From a virus, in IMG/VR virus record IMGVR_UViG_3300017446_000002, positions 1-48,147 of that record: DNA of 48,147 nucleotides. One strand, 5' to 3'. The position numbers and the translations under genes were made by a program. The notes beneath the pieces are model-generated. The model had not been told where the DNA came from. It saw nothing but the letters and a program-made list of their open reading frames with translations, and ran no database searches. This document shows, piece by piece, positions 7,503-16,406 of this stretch (the first letter of the stretch is position 1; each line of letters starts with the position of its first letter).

Positions 7503-7590
7503 AAGCCGGGGACAATAACCGCAGTTTACCGAATGAGGCGTTGACAGAGGCGAGTCGATCGGGCAGAGTCAGCAATGAAAGGACTCCGAA

Positions 7591-8235
7591 GTGTATCTAG
7601 GCAAGTTGGATCAAGCTGAATTGACTCGCCAGTGCGGTGAGGAAGTCCCAGAGATTCTGATCATCGTCGCGAAGCACGCGGTGTTGGACATGGACTCGAA
7701 GACTATCGCCGAGTTGATCGGGGTCAGTCAGGAAGAGATCGAGTCGTTACAGGACGATCCACTCTACAAAAACGTCCACCTTCTCTTGAAGGCCGCGACG
7801 AGTGGGGCACGGGTTGATTCGGAGCTGGGTTGGGACTCGCTGGAGCAGATGGCGGTCTCGAGATTGCTGGAACGAGTCCCCATGGAACGCGATGCGGACT
7901 TCTTATTGAAGGTAGCTGCTATGGCGAATCGTGCAACAAGACGGACCAAGCCGGAAGCGCTCGACCCCAGCAAGGTTGGGACGCGGGTTCCGCTCACGCT
8001 TACGGCACGAGTCGTTCGGCGGCTGCATGGGGACGGGAGTCAGGAGGAGGCCAGCGAGGTCAGCATCACGGGGAATCACACGAATCCTACGTTTGCGGAT
8101 GTCGATGGTTTGCTTTCGGTGAGTCAGAAGCCGTTCATGGACAAGCCGATGCAGATCGCGACTCACTCCACGGCTGACCCCACGGCGGACGAGTTGTACG
8201 CTGGCTTCGACAACGATTCGAGCTGGGCAGAGTAA
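7591..8235 (+). CDS. Putative small terminase subunit or HTH DNA-binding protein (214 aa).
   Basis: GTG start at 7591 with a GAAAGGA SD 7 nt upstream. It has an HTH-like segment, DSKTIAELIGVSQEEIESL. It is the first gene of the morphogenesis arm and lies two small genes upstream of the large terminase. The function is inferred from position only. Confidence 0.45.
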   Translation: MYLGKLDQAELTRQCGEEVPEILIIVAKHAVLDMDSKTIAELIGVSQEEIESLQDDPLYKNVHLLLKAATSGARVDSELGWDSLEQMAVSRLLERVPMERDADFLLKVAAMANRATRRTKPEALDPSKVGTRVPLTLTARVVRRLHGDGSQEEASEVSITGNHTNPTFADVDGLLSVSQKPFMDKPMQIATHSTADPTADELYAGFDNDSSWAE

Positions 8236-8298
8236 GCCCTAATCCCGCTTGCGGTCCAGCCAATCGAGCCGCAAAAGACAAAGACGAGGAATCAGCCG

Positions 8299-8469
8299 AT
8301 GAATCCCGAAGACTTCCTGAACAGCCTCCTCGCCCCGCAGCAGATGGCGCAGGTCAAGAGTCCTAGCCCGATGATGGCTGGCGATTCGGAGATGGGTGGA
8401 CCCAAGCCCCAGGGGCAGGGCGGGTTGCTCGAGTCGGTCATGAAGGTGGTCGGGAGTCTTGTGTTGTGA
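8299..8469 (+). CDS. Small hypothetical protein (56 aa).
   Basis: Manual translation gives MNPEDFLNSLLAPQQMAQVKSPSPMMAGDSEMGGPKPQGQGGLLESVMKVVGSLVL. A GAGGA SD lies 8 nt upstream. Confidence 0.5.
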   Translation: MNPEDFLNSLLAPQQMAQVKSPSPMMAGDSEMGGPKPQGQGGLLESVMKVVGSLVL

Positions 8470-8696
8470 AACAGCGGAATGACTCGGTCTATGAAGGTGC
8501 GACTCAAAAGGTTTCACCGGAGGCCCTCGCGGCATTCTACCGTCAGCGTTCCGAGTCGTTGCGCCGTGAGCAGCAGCAACATCTGAATGCGCAGATGGAC
8601 GAATCGCAGAAGAAACAGGACCTTCAGCCCGCGCGCCATGAGGCTGCGAAGGGTTGGATTCAGACCATCATCGACGCGTTGAATGTAGGCGATTAA
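8466..8696 (+). CDS. Small hypothetical protein (76 aa).
   Basis: Track ORF with a GTG start that overlaps the previous stop (GTGA). It is charged and looks coiled-coil-like. Confidence 0.5.
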   Translation: MKQRNDSVYEGATQKVSPEALAAFYRQRSESLRREQQQHLNAQMDESQKKQDLQPARHEAAKGWIQTIIDALNVGD

Positions 8697-10250
8697 GTGG
8701 CACTCGGCTCGGACATTGACGAACTCGAACGACTCGAACGTGAGGCGGAACGGGACAACGGCGTAGAGACTCTAGATGTCTCCGCCGATCCTAGAGAGGT
8801 ACGTCAGCGACTCAAGACCGACGCCGAGTTCTTCATCGAGTTCTTCCTCTCGGATCAGCTCGATATGCCTGTGCCCGGATTCCATAAGGAGATTTGGGCA
8901 CGACTCACGGACGCCGAGCAAGAGCGTTCCCTGCTTGCGATCCCACGCGACCACGCGAAGACGACTCTGGCCAAGCTGGCAGTCGTTTGGCATTGGCTTT
9001 TCACGGCGCAGCGATTCTGCGTCTACCTGTCCAACACCAACGCGATCGCAAAGGGCGCGTGCAAGGATATCATCGAGTTCCTGAATCATCCGAACTTCAT
9101 TTCGGTGTTCGGTAAGGTCGTAATGATTAAGGCCAGTGAGCAGGAATCGCTCTGGGTCTTCGATCTGCCACTTCCGGGCGGCCGCAAAAAGCGTTGCATC
9201 CTGCGAGCCATTGGTCAGGGCCAGCAGATGCGAGGAATCAACATCGACAACCAACGTCCTGACTTTGCAGTTGTGGATGACGTCGAGGACAACGAGAACA
9301 CCGAGTCGGAGGGCCTTCAGAAGAAGCTCGATCGCTGGATTTTCGGTCCGTTCATTAAGGCTCTTGCCCGGAAGAAGAAGATCGTATGGCTTGGCAACAT
9401 GCTGCAAAAGACCTCCCTCTTGGCACGTCTGAGTCGGAACCCCAAGTGGAATCCAGTCGTGTTCGGTTCCTTGGTGAAGGACTCCGCTACTGGCGCTTTG
9501 AAGCCGCTGTGGCCCGGCAAATGGTCCGTCTCCGCGCTCCAAGAGGACTTTAAGGAGTATAAGGATCTAGGACTCGTTGAGACCTGGATGTGCGAGATGA
9601 TGAACATGCCGGGTCACGGCGAGAACGGATTCACGCAGGACCAGATCAACTACCAAGCCGTTCCAACACCAGATGGAATCAAAGCAGCATGGATTACAAT
9701 CGATCCGGCATTCGGCCAAAACGCTCACAACGACGAAACGGCAATCAGCGTCCACGTGATTCCCGACGTCGGTGTTCCGATGACAGTCCAGTGTGTCCAC
9801 GGCCACTTCGACGAGAATCGGATGTTCAGCGAGACTCTGGCACTTGCCCAGTATTGGGGTGCTTGGACTTGGGGAATCGAAGCGGTTGCTGCGCAGCGTG
9901 TTTTAATTCCTTTCTTCAACGTCCTGCTGGCTCAGCGGCAACTGAATCATCACGTCGAAATCCTCCCACTGATGGCGGGCCGGAGCGACTCGAAGATTGG
10001 CCGCATCCGCGCGTTCGCTTCTCTGATGTCGAACAATGAGTGGGCGATTCCAGATGACGACGTAGACATCACGACTCAGATGCTTGGCCTCTCCTTCGTC
10101 AAGAAAGAGCAGGCGGACGACATTGTTGACTCGTGCGCGTACGGACCGACCATGATGGAGCTTTATCTGGCTATCATCATGATTCAATTCAACGGCGGGA
10201 CTTTCGATGCTGGAGTCGCGCAATACGGGATGGAGGTTTCAAGTGTTTAA
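8697..10250 (+). CDS. terL: Terminase large subunit (517 aa).
   Basis: Walker A-like IPRDHAKTT, Walker B FAVVDDVED, and RNaseH-like nuclease acidic motifs WITIDPAFG and DDIVDSCAYG. It lies directly upstream of the portal gene. Confidence 0.85.
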   Translation: MALGSDIDELERLEREAERDNGVETLDVSADPREVRQRLKTDAEFFIEFFLSDQLDMPVPGFHKEIWARLTDAEQERSLLAIPRDHAKTTLAKLAVVWHWLFTAQRFCVYLSNTNAIAKGACKDIIEFLNHPNFISVFGKVVMIKASEQESLWVFDLPLPGGRKKRCILRAIGQGQQMRGINIDNQRPDFAVVDDVEDNENTESEGLQKKLDRWIFGPFIKALARKKKIVWLGNMLQKTSLLARLSRNPKWNPVVFGSLVKDSATGALKPLWPGKWSVSALQEDFKEYKDLGLVETWMCEMMNMPGHGENGFTQDQINYQAVPTPDGIKAAWITIDPAFGQNAHNDETAISVHVIPDVGVPMTVQCVHGHFDENRMFSETLALAQYWGAWTWGIEAVAAQRVLIPFFNVLLAQRQLNHHVEILPLMAGRSDSKIGRIRAFASLMSNNEWAIPDDDVDITTQMLGLSFVKKEQADDIVDSCAYGPTMMELYLAIIMIQFNGGTFDAGVAQYGMEVSSV

Positions 10251-10251
10251 C

Positions 10252-12207
10252 ATGGCAGACAAGGTGGTTCACGCCACGGTCAAACCAGCGAAGACTGCGG
10301 TTCACGCCCAGCATCCTTTTCGCTCGGAAAAGAATCACGAGAAGCTCCTGAACTACTTGCAGCAGCGGCTGATGGTGGGCAAGGAACAGCGCGATCACAA
10401 GCTCGATCGATTCGCGCAGATCGACCGCAACGTCTCCGGCTGGCAGAAGCTGTCCGAGGAAGACAAGAAGCGGAAGGCCGCGCAGGAAAAGAACGGCAAT
10501 CCGCAAGCGATTCAGATGAACCTGCCGCTGTCGTTCGTGCATCTGGACGACATGATGACGTATTTCGCGGCTACGTTCAGCCCGAATCGTGGCATGTTCT
10601 ACCACAACGGCAAGCCCGACGAGGCAAGCGAGGCGAATCAGATCGTCACGTTGATGAACAATCACGCGATCTACGCCGGCTACTACCGCGAGACGCTTCA
10701 GGCCATCTGGTCGACTCTGAAGTACAACATCGGCGGATTCTACTGCTACTGGGCGCGCGACGAAGGCCCGAAGCTGACCAAGAACGCCCAGAATCAGGAC
10801 GTGCTCTCGGTCGACGTTAAGTGGCAGGGCAACAAATTGGAGGCGTTGGACAACTACAACACCTTCTACGATCCGACCGTTCACCCGACCAAGCTGAGTC
10901 AGGAAGGTGAGTGGTGCGCGCGAGCCAAGATGATCTCGCACTACCAGCTTCGTCACAAGGCGAATCGTGGCGTGTACTTCAACGTCGACGAAGCGCTGGC
11001 CAACGACGTCGGAGTCACGGAATGCGTGTACTACCGGAACCCGCCGGCCGAAGCCATGCTCGATATCGACGAGTCGAAGGCTGGCACGGACTATATGGAA
11101 TGGTTCGGCGCCGCCCCCGACTATGCGACGAACTCAGGATTCGAGCTGGTCGAGGTCTTCATCCGGATCAACCCGCTGGACTTCGGACTCTTGGCAGGTT
11201 CTGCGTCGGAAAACGCCAATCGGAACGGTTACGAGGTATGGCGATTCACCATCCTCAACGACAAGACGATCATCGACGCGACGTACATGAACAACATCCA
11301 TGGACTCCTGCCGTTCTTCTTCGGCGTCATCAACGATGATCTGATGGGCCAGAGTCAGAAGGCCGTGTCGGAAATCCTCCAGCCGTTGCAGGACTTCGCG
11401 TCGTTCCTCCTGAACATTCACGTCCAGGCGAGTCGCAAGAACGTATGGGGCACGACCTTCTACGATCCTACGGTCGTCGATATGGGCGCGATTCCCAAGG
11501 GAGAGGTATCTGCCCGCGTCCCGATCAAGGCTTCCGGCTACGGCAAGGATCTGCGGCAGTCGATCGTCCACGACTCGAACAACCTCGACACGAAGCAGAC
11601 CTTGCAGGACTTGCAGGGCGTGATCGGAATCATCGACCAGTTCTTCCCGACTCAGTCGATGCCCAGCCAGATCGCTTCGATCGATCGCGCTGTTGATTCC
11701 CAAGTCGCGGCGGTTCAGCAGGGCGCGAACCGCCGCATGCACAAGACTGCACGACTCCTGGATGACACGCTGTTCCGTGGCATGCGATTCTGCTGCTACT
11801 ACAACATCGTGCAATACCAGCCGGACAATGTCAGCGTCGAGGACTTCTACGGCCGCAAGGTTGTGATCGACTTGAACAAGCTCCGCGAGACCGATTTGCC
11901 GTTTATCATTGGCCAAGGACTCAAGGCGATCGATCGTCAGGCCGCGGCGGGTGCATTGCAGCAGATCATCTTCGCGCTCGTTCAGAATCCACAGGCCGCT
12001 CAGCGAATCGATATGATCGGGCTGATCGACTACTGGACGAACATGATCGATATCGACGTCGACATGACCAAGTTCCACCTTGAGCCGCAAGCTCCGAGTC
12101 AGGCTGGCCCGAACGCCGGCTTGAACGAAGAGCAGATGGCTGCGGCGAACGCGGGTGCAGCCCCTGAACAGGTGCCGGGAGCGATTCCGGAACAGGTGGC
12201 GGCATGA
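10252..12207 (+). CDS. Portal protein (651 aa).
   Basis: Track ORF 10207..12207 was trimmed to ATG 10252 (MADKVVHATVK...). The call rests on its size and its position between terL and the scaffold and capsid genes. Confidence 0.7.
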   Translation: MADKVVHATVKPAKTAVHAQHPFRSEKNHEKLLNYLQQRLMVGKEQRDHKLDRFAQIDRNVSGWQKLSEEDKKRKAAQEKNGNPQAIQMNLPLSFVHLDDMMTYFAATFSPNRGMFYHNGKPDEASEANQIVTLMNNHAIYAGYYRETLQAIWSTLKYNIGGFYCYWARDEGPKLTKNAQNQDVLSVDVKWQGNKLEALDNYNTFYDPTVHPTKLSQEGEWCARAKMISHYQLRHKANRGVYFNVDEALANDVGVTECVYYRNPPAEAMLDIDESKAGTDYMEWFGAAPDYATNSGFELVEVFIRINPLDFGLLAGSASENANRNGYEVWRFTILNDKTIIDATYMNNIHGLLPFFFGVINDDLMGQSQKAVSEILQPLQDFASFLLNIHVQASRKNVWGTTFYDPTVVDMGAIPKGEVSARVPIKASGYGKDLRQSIVHDSNNLDTKQTLQDLQGVIGIIDQFFPTQSMPSQIASIDRAVDSQVAAVQQGANRRMHKTARLLDDTLFRGMRFCCYYNIVQYQPDNVSVEDFYGRKVVIDLNKLRETDLPFIIGQGLKAIDRQAAAGALQQIIFALVQNPQAAQRIDMIGLIDYWTNMIDIDVDMTKFHLEPQAPSQAGPNAGLNEEQMAAANAGAAPEQVPGAIPEQVAA

Positions 12208-12458
12208 TCGACATCGACTCTATCCGGGCACTAGACCCCGGAATTGATCAAGCGGTGGCCAATGCAGTCTTGGTCATCGCTAACTCCGGTGTGGTCGCGA
12301 TTCAGGTTGCGACCAACATGGAAAGAATTCTGTCAGGACCTTCGGAAGAACCCGTTGAGGAACTGGCGAATCGTATCCTTGAGCATAGAAAGCGCCAGTA
12401 TGCTCTGGACGAATTTATGAATCTGGCACAACAACTGAAGGATATGAACGATGCGTAA
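12204..12458 (+). CDS. Hypothetical head-module protein (84 aa).
   Basis: Track ORF whose ATG overlaps the portal stop (ATGA). Confidence 0.6.
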   Translation: MIDIDSIRALDPGIDQAVANAVLVIANSGVVAIQVATNMERILSGPSEEPVEELANRILEHRKRQYALDEFMNLAQQLKDMNDA

Positions 12459-13296
12459 GCAGAACCGCATGACTCACGCTCCCCTCGGCGCAGTCTCCCT
12501 CCGCATGATCGAGCCTTGGCAGCGCGGCTACCGTCGCATGAAGCAAGACTCGGGTCAGCACGGTGGCACCGACTCGGGCGGCGGTCAACAGCAGCAGGGT
12601 AATGGCCAGGAAAATAACCAGGGTGGTAATGGCGGCCAGTCTGGCGGAAATGGCGAATCGGGCGGAAATAACGGTGGCGGCGGCTTCGATCCCTCGTCAT
12701 TCTGGAATGAGCCCGCTCCCGACGGTGGGGCCGCTAATGGCGGGACTGCCCCCAACAACGGGAATCAGGGTGGCGGACAGTCCGGTGGGCAGCAGGATGA
12801 TGGCAATGCCTTCGCTCAGCGACTCACCGGACTGACGTTCGGGGACAATGTGTTTACCCCCGATGCCGTCGAGGCGATGAACAACTCGGACCCGTCGAAG
12901 TTCAACGAGAACATGACGAAGTTCGGTCGTTCGGCTGTCAAGGAATCGGTCGTCATGGCTGCGCAGTTGATGCAGCGGAATAACGAACTGCTTCAGACTC
13001 AGTTCAAGCAGATGTTGGACGAGCGATTCGGCCAGCGTGACGCGGAATCCGATCTGGGCAAGTCGTTCCCGTCGTACAACGAGCCGGGCATGAAGCCGGT
13101 GATCGACGGAATCTTCGCTCAGGCCATGCGGCTGACGAAGGGGAATCGCCAGGGTGCGGTGGACATGACCAAGGAAATGCTGAAGCACACGTCGACTCGT
13201 GTCAGCAAGGACTTGAACATCAACCAGCCCCCCGGCGGTGCAGGTGACGGGCAGATCGTCACGAATTGGGAAGAAGAACTACTCGGTCGCTCCTGA
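12451..13296 (+). CDS. Putative scaffolding protein (281 aa).
   Basis: It lies between the portal and major capsid genes. It has a long G/N/Q/S low-complexity segment followed by a helical, charged C-terminal half. A GAAGGA SD lies upstream of ATG 12451. Confidence 0.6.
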   Translation: MRKQNRMTHAPLGAVSLRMIEPWQRGYRRMKQDSGQHGGTDSGGGQQQQGNGQENNQGGNGGQSGGNGESGGNNGGGGFDPSSFWNEPAPDGGAANGGTAPNNGNQGGGQSGGQQDDGNAFAQRLTGLTFGDNVFTPDAVEAMNNSDPSKFNENMTKFGRSAVKESVVMAAQLMQRNNELLQTQFKQMLDERFGQRDAESDLGKSFPSYNEPGMKPVIDGIFAQAMRLTKGNRQGAVDMTKEMLKHTSTRVSKDLNINQPPGGAGDGQIVTNWEEELLGRS

Positions 13297-13306
13297 CCGG
13301 TAGCAT

Positions 13307-14518
13307 TTGAAGGGAATCGACGACGTGATCCAGGGTATCTTTGCATCCAACCAGGGAATCGTGGGGGATCGCGTCGGCGACTTCTCCTCGGTCATCCTCC
13401 GAATGAATCCGACGGGCACCGCGCTGATGCTGGCCCTTTCGAGCGGCATGAACAAGTCGGGCGCTTCCGACACCGTGTTCACGTGGTTCGAGGACTCGCA
13501 TCAGTCCGGTCGTTCGACCGCAACGGGCGGCGGCACCACCACGGCTCTGACCGTCGACGAGGGCTCGTTCTACATCCCCGGCACCGTGCTGATGTGCGAG
13601 GAATCGGGTGAGCACATGCTCGTCACCGCGGTCGCAGGCAATGCGATCACCGTGATTCGCGGGCTCGCCGGCACCAACGTCGTCGCGATCAGCAACGGGA
13701 ATCATCTCCAGCAGATCGGCAACGCGCACGAGGAAGCTTCGGGTATGCCCGTTGCTGTGACTCAGCAGGGTGCGCCGCGGATGAACTATGTTCAGATTTT
13801 CCGCAACGGCTGGGCAATCTCCGGCACCGCCAAGGCTGTGAGTTACCGGACGGGCAACAAGCTCGCTCGCAACAAGCAGGACTGCGCGACTTATCACGCC
13901 GAGGATATGGAGCGGGCGTTCCTCTGGGGCCGCAAGCACATCGGGAATCTGAACGGCAAGCAGTTCCGCATGACGGACGGAGTCGTGGCCCAGATCGAGA
14001 ACTACGGCGGCACGGTCGAATCGGCTGCGACCGGCGGGACTCCTGGCGACTACTCGCGGCTCGACTTCGAGGACTTCATCCGGCGTCTGTTCGCGATCGG
14101 AATCAAGGGCCAGCCCAACGAGCGAATCGCACTCGGCGGCGATCAGGTCTTGCAGGTCCTCAACCAGATGACCATGCTCGACTCGACCTACAACATCTCG
14201 GCCGGCGAATCGAAGGTCGGCATCGCCGTGACGAAGATCATGACTCCGTTCGGCTCGCTCTCGCTCATGACGCACCCGCTCATGAACGAGAACCCGATGT
14301 GGCAGAAGGAACTCTACTGCATGCATCCGGGCGCGATTCGGAAGCGCGTGCTGCGCGAAACCTTCAACGAGGGCTACGACAGCAACGGCAATCGAATCCA
14401 GGGCAAGGACGCCGACGAGGGCGTGATGACCACGGAAGCCGGCATGGAAGTCGGCGGCGCCAAGACGATGGGGATTCTTCGGAACGTCCGTCGCGCGGTG
14501 AAGTCGGTCGCAGAATAA
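13307..14518 (+). CDS. Major capsid protein (about 400 aa; the start is uncertain, either TTG 13307 or GTG 13325).
   Basis: It follows the scaffold gene and is followed by a strong terminator, and its size is typical of HK97-fold coat proteins. The N-terminus reads ...IQGIFASNQGIVGDRVGDF...TWFEDS. GTG 13325 has a GAAGGGA SD 10 nt upstream. Confidence 0.75.
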   Translation: MKGIDDVIQGIFASNQGIVGDRVGDFSSVILRMNPTGTALMLALSSGMNKSGASDTVFTWFEDSHQSGRSTATGGGTTTALTVDEGSFYIPGTVLMCEESGEHMLVTAVAGNAITVIRGLAGTNVVAISNGNHLQQIGNAHEEASGMPVAVTQQGAPRMNYVQIFRNGWAISGTAKAVSYRTGNKLARNKQDCATYHAEDMERAFLWGRKHIGNLNGKQFRMTDGVVAQIENYGGTVESAATGGTPGDYSRLDFEDFIRRLFAIGIKGQPNERIALGGDQVLQVLNQMTMLDSTYNISAGESKVGIAVTKIMTPFGSLSLMTHPLMNENPMWQKELYCMHPGAIRKRVLRETFNEGYDSNGNRIQGKDADEGVMTTEAGMEVGGAKTMGILRNVRRAVKSVAE

Positions 14519-14546
14519 GTTTCGGTCTCCGCCGGAATCAACCTAA

Positions 14547-14577
14547 GGGGGAGGGTTAAACTCCTCCCCTGTTTTTT
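14547..14577 (+). terminator. Rho-independent terminator after the capsid gene.
   Basis: GGGGGAGG (14547-14554) pairs with CCTCCCC (14563-14569) and is followed by TGTTTTTT. Confidence 0.8.
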
Positions 14578-14595
14578 GGAAGTGGACGATTCAAG

Positions 14596-15258
14596 ATGAA
14601 CACCAACACTGGTGGATTCAAGGGCTTCGCTGCCCTGAACAAGACGGCCGAGTCGCAGAAGACCGATGACCAGAAGGTCCAGGAAGCCCGCGACAACTCG
14701 AAGAACGAGCCGCTCGACTCGAAGCAGAAGGGCTCGGTCCTGGCAGACGATTCGGTCGGCGTCTCGGCGGCCAACAACGTTGCCTCGGAAGAGCAGGTCA
14801 ATCGGGCCGCCGCGCTGTTCACGTCGCATCCGATCATGCGACTCAAGCTCGGCAAGTTCCAGTTCGACCGCGGCCTCCTGACGATCGAGGACTCGGAAGA
14901 CGCCGCCGAGTTCAAGAAGATGCTCGACAAGCTGCCGGCGCGTGACCGGAATCAGATTCGCGAGATTTCGGTCGATGCGGCCGAGCGTCTGGTGCGTCCG
15001 ATCGAGCCCGGTGTCACGACGCAGTTCGATTCGTCGGTCGGCCGTCAGCGCGAGACCCTTGCAACCGGCGACAAGACGGTCGGCACCGAGCCGCTCGAAG
15101 GTCTGAATCGTGAGCAGTTCGCGAAGGGCGCCCAGACCGACAACAACGCACCGATCGCCGGCACCGCGGACAAGCAGGTGGTGAACGAATCGAACCAGGG
15201 CGACGTGCAAACCCAGGAAAAGGTCGACGAGCAGAAGAAGATCAACGAGCAGGGCTGA
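14596..15258 (+). CDS. Hypothetical virion-module protein (220 aa).
   Basis: Track ORF starting at ATG 14596. It is hydrophilic. Its N-terminus, MNTNTGGFKGFAALNK, shares KGFAAL with the C-terminus of the ATPase at 41059..42135. Confidence 0.65.
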   Translation: MNTNTGGFKGFAALNKTAESQKTDDQKVQEARDNSKNEPLDSKQKGSVLADDSVGVSAANNVASEEQVNRAAALFTSHPIMRLKLGKFQFDRGLLTIEDSEDAAEFKKMLDKLPARDRNQIREISVDAAERLVRPIEPGVTTQFDSSVGRQRETLATGDKTVGTEPLEGLNREQFAKGAQTDNNAPIAGTADKQVVNESNQGDVQTQEKVDEQKKINEQG

Positions 15259-15298
15259 TCTGCGGTACGACTTTTGATTCGGTAAGGTAGGGTTCGGT

Positions 15299-16012
15299 AT
15301 GACGACGTTTTCGCAGATCGTGGATGCAATGGTGTTCGAGTCCAAGCGATTCGACCTCCGTGCGGAAATCTGCGCCTACGTCAACCAGTCGGTTCGGGAG
15401 GTTCACTTCCGTTCCGACACCGGTTCGATTCTCTTCTACTTGAGCAACTTGAAAGAGCTTGCTTTGGTGACGACGGTCGACTCCGGCTTTGGTTGGGACA
15501 TGCCGAATCCTGCCGTTTTTCAGGCCATGCAGGCCGTCCAGTACCCCGACGTTTGGGACCGTGACTCGCAAGGGTATGGTCAGTGGGCGCGTGAGTCGAT
15601 CCCAGGCCGGAACCTCAACGCCAACCAATATTTCTTCTACCGCATGGGCAACCGATTCGTCTTCGGCGGATATGGTGCCGCGCAGAGTCGTATCAACATC
15701 GCGTACTACGAGTACCCACGCGACCTCAAGTACTACAAACCGGAAGAGCGCCCCGCAACGTGGGATGACGCCGAGGGATGGAAGTACCTGCCCGCGTATG
15801 ATGTCGATGAAACGACTCGCGAGCTTGCGCGTAACCTAGTTAGTAACTGGCTCCTGCAACGCTGGCACTTGGTGCTGGAAGAAGGAATCCGTGCCAAGAT
15901 TTACAAGCGAGTCAGTGATGAGGTTCGGGGCCGGACCGCGTATTCGCTGTACTCGACGTTGCGGCAGGGACTCTGGACGAGTGAGGTAGCCGATCTCGGG
16001 GGTCCCTTGTGA
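15299..16012 (+). CDS. Putative head-tail adaptor or tail structural protein (237 aa).
   Basis: Track ORF. The function is inferred only from its position downstream of the capsid gene. Confidence 0.6.
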   Translation: MTTFSQIVDAMVFESKRFDLRAEICAYVNQSVREVHFRSDTGSILFYLSNLKELALVTTVDSGFGWDMPNPAVFQAMQAVQYPDVWDRDSQGYGQWARESIPGRNLNANQYFFYRMGNRFVFGGYGAAQSRINIAYYEYPRDLKYYKPEERPATWDDAEGWKYLPAYDVDETTRELARNLVSNWLLQRWHLVLEEGIRAKIYKRVSDEVRGRTAYSLYSTLRQGLWTSEVADLGGPL

Positions 16013-16303
16013 ATGGACGGAATCACGGCAAGCAGCATAGCCAAACTCGTTGGTGAGGGCGGCATTTATGGACTCGGTTGGGTCCTTTTCCTATTCATGA
16101 TGTTCCGCGAGATTCGAGAGCGCAAGCGTTACTCCGATCTAGTGATTCATATCATATCCTATTTCACGAAAGTGAACATGGTTGCGAGGCAAGACGATGA
16201 TATTCCTTCGATCCCTGAAGCCCTCTTCGGAATCCCAGACACAACTCGAAAGGGCAAACGCTCGACTCGACGAAGTGCTGGTCAACATGACGATGAAGTC
16301 TGA
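16013..16303 (+). CDS. Small membrane protein (96 aa). Its 3' third overlaps the next gene.
   Basis: ATG 16013 abuts the previous stop. It has a TM-like segment, GGIYGLGWVLFLFMMF. By hand count, third-position GC is about 61% up to 16196 and about 37% in the overlap. Confidence 0.45.
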   Translation: MDGITASSIAKLVGEGGIYGLGWVLFLFMMFREIRERKRYSDLVIHIISYFTKVNMVARQDDDIPSIPEALFGIPDTTRKGKRSTRRSAGQHDDEV

Positions 16304-16406
16304 AGGGATCGATCGGCCCCGCGCCGAATTGCTCGTGAAGAAGCGAGTCGAGAAGGCGGTGGCTAAGGCTGTCGACGGATTCAAGCTAACCCAGAGGATG
16401 ATCTGA
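16197..16406 (+). CDS. Small hypothetical protein (69 aa).
   Basis: Track ORF 16182..16406 was trimmed to ATG 16197 (MIFLRSLKPSSE...), which has a GAGG SD 7 nt upstream. Third-position GC is about 63% in the overlap, so this frame looks like the coding one there. Confidence 0.5.
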   Translation: MIFLRSLKPSSESQTQLERANARLDEVLVNMTMKSEGIDRPRAELLVKKRVEKAVAKAVDGFKLTQRMI

